Of a stretch of DNA of 64,000 nt, positions 1 to 13,010 are shown piece after piece. Numbering within the stretch: position 1 is the stretch's first letter; every line of letters begins with the position of its first letter. The translations under genes were made by a program, and so were the position numbers. The DNA comes from the human T2T-CHM13v2.0 reference genome, Homo sapiens, in assembly GCF_009914755.1 (NCBI RefSeq), contig NC_060927.1. One strand, 5' to 3'. The notes beneath the pieces are model-generated. The model saw nothing but the letters and a program-made list of their open reading frames with translations. It was not told the DNA's origin and did not search any database.

Positions 1-284
1 CCTACGTGTGAAGAGGACGGTGGTGACTGGCACACAGTAAACCCTCAAAAAATGCTATTCCTGTCATTTGTTGTGAGTTACAGCATATACACATTTATAG
101 ACTTGCAAAAATAAAATTACAAATCTCAAAAGTAAAGATTATACTAGTATTTCGTATGTTAACTTGATTTTTTTTTACCTCTTTTCTCCTCTTAACTTCT
201 CACCGTTTTCTATTGCCTCTGTTTTCTTGAACAATGGATAACTGTGAAATACTTTGTTTCCTTACAAGAGGACCAATAAGTTAT

Positions 285-620
285 TCCATCAGTGTTCATT
301 GAATATCTATTTTGTGTCAAGGTCTGTGGTTGCCACTAGTCATACAACAATTCAGGCAGACCCTTAAGGAGCTCACAGTCAAATAGTGGAGACAATCATA
401 GTACGAGGCAGTAACAAGAGAATGTTCTAGTGCTAGAAAAGTGCTATTGCTTATTAGGTTTTTGTTAAGCAAAGGGAAAGAACATTCTGAATCCTTGGGA
501 AAGATATCCCAAAGGAAGTTAAAAAAGATATGCCAGGCTTTAAATGACTGGTGTTTGAGTAGATGGAGATGGGGCGTCCCAGGCAGAGAGAGTTGTGTGA
601 GCGAGCATGTGTAGTGTGAT
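285..620 (-). mobile_element. L2 LINE fragment (decayed)
   Basis: CATTGAATATCTAT...TGTCAAGG start and a purine-rich body (AAGGAGCTCACAGTC, CCAGGCAGAGAG) resemble the antisense L2 3' end; boundaries approximate. Confidence 0.55.
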
Positions 621-847
621 AATCTGTACTCAGATGGTTAAGGCAGAGCTTTCCTGACTACGTTCTGAAGATTCTTAATATTAGTCAGCACTCTGGGGGA
701 GAAGAGGTTCTGCAGTGAAGTAACTTCTAGAAATGCTAGGTAAAGGGAAATTGGATAGGCTTCTACACTACAGGGCATTGCTCATATCCTCCCCAAGAGG
801 AGGGCACATGGGATGCGAGGTTCACTAGCCTTATTTTGCAATACAGT

Positions 848-1075
848 GCTGGAGGTAGACCAGCTGGTTTGACTCTCAGCTCCTTTACTAAATAACTGTG
901 TGAAATTGGGCAAATTATATAATCTCCCCAAGCCTCAGTTTCTTTATTCTTTTTTTTAAAAAGGAGAATATTAATCTTTACCTTATTGGGTTGTATAAAG
1001 CTACTTAATGCAGTTAAAGTGCCTGCTTAGTGCAGTTCATGGTACACTAAAGTTTTCGATACGTATTTGCTATTC
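848..1075 (+). mobile_element. MIR SINE
   Basis: MIR core-like CTGTGTGAAATTGGGCAAATTATATAATCTCCCCAAGCCTCAGTTTC. Confidence 0.8.
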
Positions 1076-3879
1076 TTTTACATTTCATGAAAACATTATG
1101 TTGAAAATCACATCATGCTAAAATAAAGTATATTTATGTATTTGGATGAGATGAAGCATTCTTGTCAAAGTAGATCAGCGGGATTTGATATTCTATGTCA
1201 AATTTTGCCCCATAAATCATCTTTTCTTCTTTGAAGAGAAATAAGAAATACTAGATACAAGTCAGATATGCTAGACCAATTTAAATTTCTGTGTATAAAG
1301 CATCAACCCTAAAAATTGACTTTTTAAAAGAGAATATGAAAAATATATATACATTAGAAAAACAAAGAAAGTTGGCTTCTTTATAATCTTGACACAGTAA
1401 ATAATGAAAGTTGAGAAAATGTTTCTGTTGGGTTCAGTTTTGGGTAGAGTTCTGTAGTATTACCTCTTTGGGTGAACAATGTAGTGTTCAAAGAATTATG
1501 ACAATAATTTTCTCTGCAATGAGACCCTTTACATCCTAGCATGCAGGTTGCTCTGTAAGTCATTAATCCTTGCAATACCTCAGTGTTATGTAGTGATGTT
1601 AATTTACTGCCCTGTGTGTATAGATCAGGGTGGGAAAGGAGAGTGTCTGAATCTGGAAGAGAATCGTAAGCCATCTCGTGCTAGGTCCAGACCCAAAGCA
1701 CACAATCACTTTTCTAAAGACAGATTATAACAAGGCCTCTGTTCTTTGGGTACACTCTTAATTTTTCTCCTTTCTGTAGTTCTTTATGCTATTTCTCACT
1801 TTCAATAAAACCAATTTATAAAATGGAATCTGTAAAAGTCAAGACTGATTCTCATTAATAATTGGCAGGAGGCGCCTCTCTGAAAATTGCCAATTTAACA
1901 CCATAGGAAGCAACAGGAAAGGGGAAAAAAAATCTTTCTACCAGAGCTATGGGGCATGAAATGAACACCAGTTGACAGATTCCTGCTTAGTTAAAAAATG
2001 ATTTGATTAAATGATAGAAATTGATCATTGAGAGAATTTCTGTTTGAGAGGAATCTGGAATTTGGACTTTGATTCCCACTGCTCTTACTCCATCAATTGT
2101 TTGAATTGCTCTAAGAGGAAGCACAATGTGAATAGAAGAACTCCACTTAGACGTTCAAGAAAAGGGAATAAGCCAGCATGCTCGCTTCTATTTAACTGGC
2201 CTGTAAAATCACCAAGCTCCGTTTTTATAGCCTGTCCTTGACATAATTTTGTCAAGGATACAAAGGCCACCTTTTTCAGCCCCTTCTCTGCCTTCCTTCC
2301 TCATCCCTCTACCCCAACAGCTGCTGTGCCACAAAAACTCTTGTTAAAAATCTGTGTTTTAGAGATTTTTTTCTGATCCCAATTAATGGCCAATCTGGGC
2401 AGTTTGCCAAGGTGCCAGTGTCAAAGAATATCATTGGAAAAGATAAGATATCATTGTAAAAGTAAAGGCATGGAAAAATAATCTCTACTAGGATTTCTCT
2501 CAGGGGAAGTTTCAGATGTCAGGATTGCAGATGTAACTAACTATGGTCACAGTTAGGGCAGGGAAGAAGGGCTCAGCAGGTGGCAAATGGGGAGCATACC
2601 CTGCCTGGTTACAGGGTCTCCAGGTGATGTTGCTGCTGGGCTCTAGTCCGTTGTTGTTGTGCAGGAATTTGGGTGCATGGTGAAGACATCGTTTGGTTTT
2701 TAAAAGAAGAAGGAAATGCAGATTCTTCTTATGTTAAAATCTCATGATTTTTTAAAGCAGGCATCTAACTCAAATTTTCTTATTAACCAGTGATCAGGCA
2801 AAACATATTGCACCCAGGTCACAAGCTTCAAAATTCTGCTGAATGTGATTGGCAGGGCAAATTTGATCAGCTAGCCTTGTGTAATTGTGTGCATGTGCTT
2901 TGGGCGGTGCGATGGTAATAAGAACAGTCAAATACAGCCAAGGGGACAGTTGAGTCACCATAACTGGCAAACACTTATCTCAATAATTCACCTTCTAAGA
3001 AGGTTGGTCCATTTGTTAGGCTGAAAGGAGAATGCAAAGTTGGGGTCAGGGTTGAATTGCTTGGGATGGCAATACTTTAAGAGAAGTGATTTTATTTCCC
3101 AATTCTTCCCTCATGCAGTGTTTTAACCCCTACTTTAAATGAATGTCAGACAAATATTTGGAAGCTATTGATTTATTTAAATGCCAGAAATATTAGCCAA
3201 TTTTCAGTGTCCATATATTTTGGTGACATCTTAGATTTACAGCCAGGGAAAGAAAAAGAAAATGTGTACAGCAGAAATAGTTTCAGATAGTTGATTACAG
3301 AGGCAGGCTTTTCCTGTTTAGGTGGCAGTTTCTGACTCTTCTTATTCTCCTATCTTTATTTCTCCATTTGATTTTAATTTATCACCTTTATTTTCACCAC
3401 TGAGGAAATTAATTTGTATCAGTGAAGTCGTTGTGGAAATGTAAATGCCTTTGAGAATGTAAATAGCATCCTTCACACGTTAGTATAAACTGGGTCAATC
3501 AGCTTACCCCCTCTTAACACTTTTAGGTAAAGTCAATTACAGTGAGGGATTGGGTACCTGGAGATGGGTAGGTACCACATAACGTGCAGTACCTTTAGGA
3601 AAGCCAAGGGGTGGGTGGTCCAAGAGAAGTCTGAGGGGGAAAGGAGTGCATTTTGATTCACAGTATATTCCTAGGATATAAAGGGCGATGCCATATGTAA
3701 GAAAATTCCTACTCGAAAATTTAATTAGGGCCATACCAAAGGTGCACAAGGTCTCTTTCATTCCTCTTTTTTCTACAGTGTTCTTAGTATTCGGTGTTAC
3801 TACTGGTATTGCAATTTGACAAACAGCATAGGTTAAAATGGACTTTTAGGTAGTTTTATGAGCTTAACCATTGTTAACA

Positions 3880-4205
3880 CTCTGGAAAAATAGAAATATT
3901 CTCAGGGCAAAATAATTCACTGAAACTTACTCTCACATGTTTTAGAAAATAACAATTACAATAAAGACATGTTTGTGTGCGTATATATACACATAGGTTT
4001 ATTTATATGTGTATGTATATATGTGTTTGTGTGTGTATATATATAAAGAGAGAGAGGCAGAGAAGAGACAGAGAGAGAGAATAAATGATGTATCAAATTA
4101 TTAAAGTTGATGAATCTCAGTGAAGGGTATAGAGTAGTTCTTTATACTATGCTTGCAAATATTCTACAAGCTTGAAAAATGTTCAAAGTAAACAAATTTT
4201 TAAAA
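3880..4205 (+). mobile_element. Old L1M(E) 3' end with embedded (TG/TA)n and (GA)n
   Basis: GTTGATGAATCTCAGTGAAGGGTATAGAGTAGTTCTTTATACTATGCTTGCAAATATTCT resembles the L1ME 3' terminus. Confidence 0.55.
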
Positions 4206-4219
4206 AGCATGGATTATTA

Positions 4220-4607
4220 AAGAATACGTGGCACATATACACGATGGAATACTATGCAGCTATAAAAAAGAATGAGACCATGTCCTTTGCAGGGACACGT
4301 ATGAAGCTGGAGGCCATTATCCTTAGCAAACTAATGCAGGAACAGAAAACCAAATACCGCATGTTCTCACTTATAAGTGGGAGCTAAATGATGGAAACAT
4401 ACGGACACATAGAGGGAAACAACACACACTGGGGCCTTTCATAGGATGGAGGGTGGGAGGAGGGAGAGGATCAGGAAAAATAACTAATGGGTACTAGGCT
4501 TAATACCTGGGTGATGAAATAATCTGTACAACAAACCCCCATGACACAAGTTTACCTATGTCACAAGCCTGCACGTGAACCCCTGAACTTAAAATAAAAA
4601 TAAAAAA
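4220..4607 (+). mobile_element. L1PA (older primate, L1PA13-16-like) 3' end, 5'-truncated
   Basis: Encodes the ORF2p C-terminus (WHIYTMEYYAAIKKNE...LEAIILSKLMQEQKTKYRMFSLISGS*), followed by a G-rich 3' UTR and an AATAAA/A-rich tail. Confidence 0.95.
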
Positions 4608-5374
4608 TGAAGTATGGAGCATGTAAGTGTTGTACCATAGATCCATGCTATAAGAAAAATCAAGTATGAAAGGCCATGTTTACCAAGCTTAGGTTGATGA
4701 ACAGGTGTGTTGTGCTAGGATGATTGTTATCAAATTTTACCAGGAAGACGGGGGAGGTCAAACACCTGTTTTCAGGCTAAGTTGAGATATAATAGTGAGT
4801 CTGGTAAATTTTATGTTTCCTGGAATGATACTGTCAAGGCCCCAACAGGAGCTGATCCTAATGTCTGGGTAAAATCTATATTTTTTTTTGGCTGAACACA
4901 ATGTGTTGCCTTTTACTTCCCCTTTCAGTGTGTGTAAAATTTATAACAAGCAAATTAAGAAGAGAATCTACCTTCTGCATCCACCTTCACAAAAATCAAC
5001 CTTGTTATGTTCTCTTTTCTTCTAAAAATTATTTTTTGTATCTTGTGCAGCCTCATCCTTTCTGTGCAAATTATGTTGTTTTGGAAGAATATTTATATAT
5101 GCAGACCCTAGTTCAATTCAGGACAGTAGTAGAGAAAATTGACAGATGTGGTGACGTTAGAATAATTCAGTAATGAGATAAGAGTCTAGACATGTAATTT
5201 GACCTCGCTTCCCCTTTCCCACTAATAATGAAGCACAAAGGAAACACCTTTAAATGGTCTATTAAATCAAACTGTGTGAAGTTCTAGCTGTTCGCTCTTT
5301 TTTACCTGCCAATCAGAGGCTGTTCTGGGCATCATTGTAGCCTCTTAGGGTTCCCTGTAATACTATCTCTACAA

Positions 5375-5690
5375 GAGGCTGCATTCTCAAATACTAACAG
5401 GGTCCAGGTGGGTATCTACAAGAGCAAGGCTGGCCTGGTGTTATAAATGGGGTAGTCGTTACCATGCTTTAGTGACTATAACCAAATAAGATGTGAGAAT
5501 TTGGGCCCGAGGTTTCCAAATCTAGAGAAATTGGAAATCAAATCTGTTTGGCTGAAAGATACTGATGTCTTAATGTTCAAAATTAATTTACAGAGTTCAA
5601 AACTCTATGCGTGGGCCAACATTATGCAGACATACAAATCTCATTTTTGACTTGGATCTGACTGTGGGCTCCTTGTGAACCATCTCTGCT
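5375..5690. mobile_element. Old hAT non-autonomous element (MER102-like)
   Basis: General resemblance to MER102-type termini; recalled, not aligned. Confidence 0.35.
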
Positions 5691-5701
5691 GAGTGGTCTT
5701 C

Positions 5702-6390
<689 letters not shown>

Positions 6391-6527
6391 AAGGTCCTTT
6401 GTCTTTTTTTTCTTCTTCTTCTTTGGAGTGAATATCTGAATAGATGGATATTCTGTCATAAATTATCTATATCTGAAACATTGGCTATGAGAGACTTTGT
6501 CATGGCTTTATTGCTGTCTGTGTCCAA

Positions 6528-7002
6528 ACAGGGATTCTTAACCTGGGGTTCACACCTTTCCAATTTCATGGATATAATCCAGTGCCCATGAACTTGGATG
6601 GGCAAACTCGGTATTGCTCTTTGCACTAACTTCTAACTGAAATGCAGCATTTTTTTGTAGTTGTTGGAAACAAGCCACAGTAGGATAAACAGTAACTGTG
6701 ACTTTGTCACTAATGAAAATTGCAATATTGCCAAATCATATTACAATTGTTGCAGATATCTCAATCATTTACGCTTACTATTTTGAAATTAGAATTATTG
6801 GATTCATAGCTAGTTCTTATTATTCATTATAAGGAAGGATATATTATATCACAAACATCTTTGATATTTTGATAACTGTATTTTACTATAATTGGCTTCC
6901 TCTGCTATCTTATTCATTTTGAAACAGTATACTAATGGGGATTCATAGGCCTCACCATGCTGCAAAGCACCCATGGCACAGAAAATTTTAAGAAATTTCT
7001 GA
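6528..7002. mobile_element. hAT-Charlie non-autonomous DNA transposon (Charlie4a-like)
   Basis: Termini CAGGGATTCTTAACCT / TTTAAGAAATTTCTG form degenerate inverted repeats; internal sequence resembles the recalled consensus. Confidence 0.7.
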
Positions 7003-7684
7003 CCTAAACTAGTATTTCCAGATTACTGTGAATAGCCTGGCCTCTGTCACAGAGTAAACTGAACTCCATCCTCTAAGCAAAGGTCTCATAATAAATAAAT
7101 GGAGCATGAGCTCAAGCTGTGTAAGAAAGTTTATTGGACACACTTGTGTTGCCAATACTAGTTTCTAGTACAGGGCTCCCAAAAGGACATGGGTCCAGCC
7201 AGGAGGGCCACCAAGCTACCGCATTTTCCATTCAAGTAGCCCAACGTGCCCTTAAGCTACCCCCTTTCTGTCATATACAAAATTCTCTCAGCTAAGCCAG
7301 TCTTCTCTTTTTCCATCATTGCTTATTCAACTTTTCCCAGCTGGATCATCAGCTCCAAGGACTAAGGCAAAAACGGGTCTGTCTTGTTTTCAGCTGAGCC
7401 TACAATATGCAGCAGAGTTCTGGAACTCAGCATTACTTGGGATGCACAGATGAAAGCCCAGCAAAGCACAGGGCGACTGAGCCATCTTATAACACAGCAG
7501 AGCAGAGCATGTTGCTTTTCTGAGCCCTGCTCATCCTGTGTTCATGACCTCATCCCTATTTCCTCATCTAACGTCATGATTATCTTCTTTTCCCTGACCC
7601 TCTAGTCTGATTACACTTAATATTTAGTCCTAAGCCACATCTTGCTTCTCATCAGAATAATGCTGTATTTTTTATTTTGCCAAA

Positions 7685-7900
7685 ATTCATTGCTTACTAT
7701 TTGCCAAATATTATGCTAACATTATATAAGGCTATAATATCTCATTGAATCCTCCTAACAAACCTATGAAGTCGGATTATGACTATATTCATTTTCCAGA
7801 GGAGAAAACTGAGACTTAAGAGACTATCTAATTTGCTCAAAAAATACACGTTGCAAGTAGCAGAAAGAGGACTGTCATCTAGCTCTCTCCAACTTCAGAG
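7685..7900 (-). mobile_element. MIR SINE
   Basis: CATTTTCCAGAGGAGAAAACTGAGACTTAAGAGA is the antisense MIR core. Confidence 0.8.
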
Positions 7901-10276
7901 AGAAGTTGGGTATGTCTCCTCACATGCCACTGGGCAAGTATACAACTTCTTTGAGTCATGAATTAATCACCTATTACATGACGAATGAATGATTTATTAG
8001 GTCTTCATCAACAGTCTATAGCTTTCCAATGGGAAGGGAGAGCACATTTGGTAATGGCTTCCATGTGTAAGCAATTTTAGAGTTTGTTGTTGTTTACAAA
8101 AAATCTGGATAAGTTGTAAATTAGATGAGGAAAATGAATTCAGAAAGATCAAGTGACTTGCCCAAGGTTATACAACTTGCAAGCCAAAGAATTTGAATCC
8201 TAACCTGGCTTTGTGAACTTTAATCTACCACACATGGGTTCCTCTATGATCCCATCACGCTCCTCAGGCCAGACTGGGCACAGGATTAACACAAATAAGA
8301 AACGGAACCAAAAGCTGTAGATGTTCATGATCAGCAACTGACTTGAGTTGCCATACCATACATGATTACTCATGTTATCCTGAGTAAAGTGTGGCTAAAG
8401 CAACTCATGAATGCATACCTTCTAAGTTTGTCCCCGGGCTGGGTCTCTTGACTTTTATCTCATTGTCCCAGTTCCTGGACACTGACCACCACATGGATGG
8501 GTTGGAGACAACTCCTGCACCGTAGCCTCCAAGTCTCCTTTAGCAAGGCCTTGAGTTTATTAACAATGTCCATCTAGCAAAACAACAGAGAAATGACAAC
8601 ACTTTGATTGTGCTGTTTATTAAGGGATCTTTGAAAAGCCAGAGTAATCATCACTTTTTAAAGGTATCTAATTTTAGCGGGATTTTATCCATCACATCTT
8701 AACTGGCATCAGAATAGAAGTTAAATCATGACAATCCTTATTTCTAGAGGAAGAGGAGGGTGAGAAAATGCTTTCTTTTCTTGTGGTTGGCAGGCTTTTG
8801 GGGGAAGTATTTCTCTCTCATCTGTCACTCCTGGAAAGAAAAAATCTATACAAATCTTGTCAGGGAGAGCATTTCACATCCTTTTTGGCAATACACGTGG
8901 TTTGAAGTTGAGGGTAGGGCTTTAGATATAAAATTTCCCCTGATTTTAAGGCAAGTTGTTTTTGTGATGCTGTGAGAATCGTTTATAAAACCTGGTGTTG
9001 GGTACCTGCGAAATAAATGGCATTGTTTTTCAATGTCATTCTCTCTTGTCACTTTAATTAAAACAAATAACAAATGTGTTCAAAAAAATGAAAAGCAATT
9101 GACAGCCTAACCCATTTTGTGTGCTTCTCAATTTCTCAAGGGTTTTGAAAGAAAAGAAAGTATAAAGTAACATTCTGTGATCTAGGTTCTCGGCTTTTTG
9201 TGGACTTCTCCTCATTCTCATGAGATCCTTGGGACACAAAAACAACTCACCCATCCCTGATTTCTCGAACAGTTTAGCCTGGAGTGATGTGAAAACAAGT
9301 GAGCAGAAAGTTTGGAACCAAAAATAACCTTAGTCCTCAGGGAGGTATCACAGCTGTGTTCTTGGGCCTGTTTATGTTCACTTGATGGGATAGAGGAAGA
9401 TCTTTCTGGGAACTGGAAAGGGTCCTGTGTGCCCTAGGCAGCCTCACTCTAGCTACCCGAGGCTGGGTGTGTGACTAGAAGGTACACACTTAGTGCAGCA
9501 GGGTAACAAGCTACATGACCCTGGGCAAAGCCCCAGATGACTCTACTCTCAGTGTCTTCATCTGTTTTGCCAAGATTAAAGCCCGTCCCTCATGATGTTG
9601 TGCAGAATGTAAGCCCCATAACATCAGGAAATATCAATTTTGTTCACTGAAATATCCTGGTTCCTAGCTTAGGGCATTGGCACATAGTTAGTGCTCAATA
9701 AATAATTGTGAATAAATAAACGATGATAAAGTTCTTACTATAGTTGCCAGTCTAATAAAGCACAATAAATAATAGTGCTATTATTATAATTTTCCCTACA
9801 TGTCTTCAAATGGGTCTCATAAAGACTAAACAGGTCAGATGATTGACAGTGCTTACCTTCTGTTACCTGGAGCTTTATTCTTTTAAACATTTTCAAGTCA
9901 GTGAACATTTCAGTGACAAATTCTAAATACTTGTTGAATGCAATCATTATGTTCAATGTCAGCAGTTAAGTAAAAAAATTATGAAAAAGGTATATTTGTA
10001 TTTTAATTGGAAAAAATGCATGCTGACACTTTTCACCTTGCAAAGCTTAACAAGCCAAGCCACCTCTTTCATTGGGTTTTAACAGCTAAAATGATGGGGG
10101 GCTTTAAGAATTTCTTCAATAATTTTCTTACTCTAATTTTGGCCAAGCTTCCTAATATTATTTCATTTAGCTTCCATTTACCTTACTTATATAAGGCTTG
10201 TTAAACTTTGTTAGAATTAAAGGGATGTTTCCCCCTGTTTATTAGCTATTTTGTGTCTTTACAATGTTTTCATATG

Positions 10277-10720
10277 TGTCTTAGTCTGTTTTGCTATAAA
10301 GGAATACCTGAGGCTGAATAATTTATAAAGAAAAGAGGCTTATTTGGCTCATGGTTCAGCAGGCTGTGCAAGAAGCCTGGCACCAGCATCTGTTCGGTTT
10401 TTTGTGAGGGCCTCAGGCTGCTTCCACTCATGGTGGAAAGGGAAGCGTACCCAGAGTGTGCAGAGATCCCATATCAAGGGAGGGAGCAAGAGAGAGATGG
10501 AGGAGGTGCCAGGCTCTTTTTATAATAACAACCACCTTTTGTGAAAACTCATTCCCTCCCTCCTTGCTGGGAGACCATTAATCTATTCATGAGGAATCAT
10601 CATCTAAGCACCTACTAAGCATCTAAGCATCAACTAAGCACCTACCATAAGGTCCCATTTCCAACCTTGGGATCAAATTTCAACATGAGGTTTGGAGGAA
10701 CAAATATCCAAACCATAGCA
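10277..10720 (-). mobile_element. MSTB-type MaLR solo LTR
   Basis: TG...CA ends; GCTATAAAGGAATACCTGAGGCTG...AAAGAAAAGAGG...CAAATATCCAAACCATAGCA. Confidence 0.92.
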
Positions 10721-11187
10721 AAATTGTCTGATCATCTTCTGTGTTTTAAGTACTGCTTTCAGCTCACAAAGAGAGGACTCTATACTAAAGTAGGAGCCTT
10801 CATTTAACTACTGGTGGCTAGAAGTGAATTGAGGCCAAGACTAGGGTTGACAGAAGTGAGGAGGATTGGGAATGGATGGGAGCAAAGAGAGACAAGTTGA
10901 GAGGCAGTTTGGTATTCTCTGGAGAGGTGCAATAGCATTGGGTAAGGTTTAAGATACTAGGGCACAATTTTTTAAAGTATATTAGAAAGTGTCCCCACCT
11001 GAAGTATTTATGAAAACTGCAGATCCCTGGGCCACAAAACAGAAGTTTTAGGATAGAAGACAAAAATCTACAAACAGGCATCCATGTGGAAATTCTTGGC
11101 ACTAAAGCACACAAACCCAGGACCAACCTAGATGAACAATGAGACTTGTTGGATACAGTCATTAGACCCAAGGACCACCCCAATTCC

Positions 11188-11915
11188 TTTTTTTTTTAAA
11201 AGTGAATATACAATTTATTGAACATTTAAACTTTATTAAGACATTTACAAAATGGCAATGTAGTGGAGATTTAACCCTATCTAGCATATGATTGTTTGAG
11301 GGGACACAGTAACAGGGTCCAATTTATGCTTAGCACTAATTAAATTCTTCATGGAATTGGCCAGGCATGGTGGCTCACACCTGTAATCCCAGCACTTTGG
11401 GAGGCTGAGGCAGGTGGATCACTTGAGGTCAGGAGTTTAAGACCAGCCTGGCCAACACGGTGAGACCCCATCTCTTTGAAAATACAAAAATTAGCTGGAT
11501 GTGGTGGAGTGCACCTGTACTCCGAGCTACTTAGGAGGCTGAGGCAGGAGAATCGCTTGAACTTGGGAGGCGGAGGTTGCAGTGAGCCAAGATTGTGTCA
11601 CTGCACTCCAGCCCGGGGGACAGAGTGAGACTCTGTCTCAAAAAAAAATTATTTATAGAATAAATAGAATAACAAACGAAATGCATTCAAATGGTTTCTA
11701 AAATATTAATTTTAAAGGACTTTCTATTCAGGATAATGATAAACACAATAACGGCAAATATGCTAGTTAAACATAATTGGCTGCTTTTACACAGCACTTA
11801 TATCTTTTAGTTCACACGTATATTATTAAATGATAGAGAACATCTAAGGCAACAATTTCTACAGAACTGGGAAATCAATTTGTAAGAAAGATTTTAGAAG
11901 CCCAATCTTAGCCGT
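11188..11915 (-). pseudogene. Processed (retrotransposed) mRNA 3'-UTR fragment, 5'-truncated, split by an Alu; parent tentatively UBE2D3 from memory
   Basis: On the minus strand, AATAAA (11214-11219) lies 16 nt upstream of an A10 run (11188-11197). The AU-rich body does not resemble a TE I know and continues across the Alu. Parent gene is unverified recall. Confidence 0.6.
11359..11648 (+). mobile_element. AluS, full length
   Basis: Canonical dimer; degenerate TSD AAATTCTTCATGGAATT / AAATTATTTATAGAATA. Confidence 0.97.
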
Positions 11916-12779
11916 CTGACTCTTTTTTTTTTATATGTAGTATTTTGTAACACTTCCTCAAATATCTTAGATAATTTCTAGATAATGTAACCTACCTATG
12001 CACATAGTGCTAAAAAATCAATATGCATTCCTTAATGTAATAAAAAAGAAACATAAAACAAAAGTAATGTATAATAAATATGCATTTTGATATGTAAATG
12101 TTCAGCTACAACTAAACCGGCATAACAGAGAAGCAGTTCACTTGTGCACTGAGATGTGATATCACCATGAATGCAATAGCTGTAAAAAGGATAAGTCCAG
12201 GTGTTTTATGTTGGCAATTCAAAAGTGAGGCACCAATGCTATTAGCAACATAATTTTCCCAAATGTTAAAGGTGCTCAGTAAAGTTTTGAACAAAAGACA
12301 ATCTTCCTTGACATTGTATTGTGATTGCATTATTGGCAATTACCTATAAAAATCAACTCATCAATTACATACAAAATCAATCACATATAAAAGGAGTGTT
12401 AAAAATACTTTGTCTTTATAGATAAGATGGAGTTAGCTTCTTAACTCAAATAATTACAATCAGGTTTTCAGCTGCAAAAATGCCCAGGAAGACATTCAAA
12501 CCTCATGCCAAAAGCAGGATGCAGAACAATTCATTGTGTGCTTTCTCCTATGCAGGAAATCCAACCTCCCAATTCCCTTCTACTAAATGTGAGTAGTTAT
12601 TCCCTTCATACACCAATTGCCTTGGCAACTAAAAGAACCTTAGTTCCCCCAATTTCTACTCTGCTGCCATTTAGAACTGTTAAACTAGAGAGTTAAGAAC
12701 CTGTGAGAGACATCTGAGAGCAGAACCTGATGAAGACCTGTTAGATTATCAAACCATAATGAACAGTCTCAGCTCACTT

Positions 12780-13010
12780 TCTGAGGGACCACCAGTGATG
12801 TGTGTGGTAAGTTCTTCATATCCGGTAGATAATTTCATTGTCAAAAACTCTTTGGAATAGGTATAAAGCCCCCACTTTACCGATGAAAACACTGATGTTT
12901 AGGGTTAAGTAGCTTGTCCAAGGTCACCGAGTGGTGCATGGTCAATGTATAAACCTAGGGGTGTCTGATGTCAAAGCGTAACTTTTCCACTGCACCCTGT
13001 TGCCTCCCAG
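12780..13010 (-). mobile_element. MIR SINE
   Basis: CCCACTTTACCGATGAAAACACTGATG...GGTTAAGTAGCTTGTCCAAGGTCAC. Confidence 0.75.

Noticed and set aside
2179-2188. TGCTCGCTTC, matching the 5' end of U6 snRNA
   Set aside because: Only 10 nt match and the sequence diverges immediately afterwards.
4172-4387. 71-aa ORF with a real protein-like sequence
   Set aside because: It is the C-terminus of L1 ORF2p in a 5'-truncated L1PA, not a host gene.
11188-11915. EIF4E as parent of the UTR retrocopy
   Set aside because: This was my first impression, but the EIF4E 3' end as I recall it differs. The parent is left unassigned pending BLAST.
11935-12345. Possible old hAT DNA-transposon fragment next to the retrocopy
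   Set aside because: Only a vague resemblance; I could not define termini or a family.
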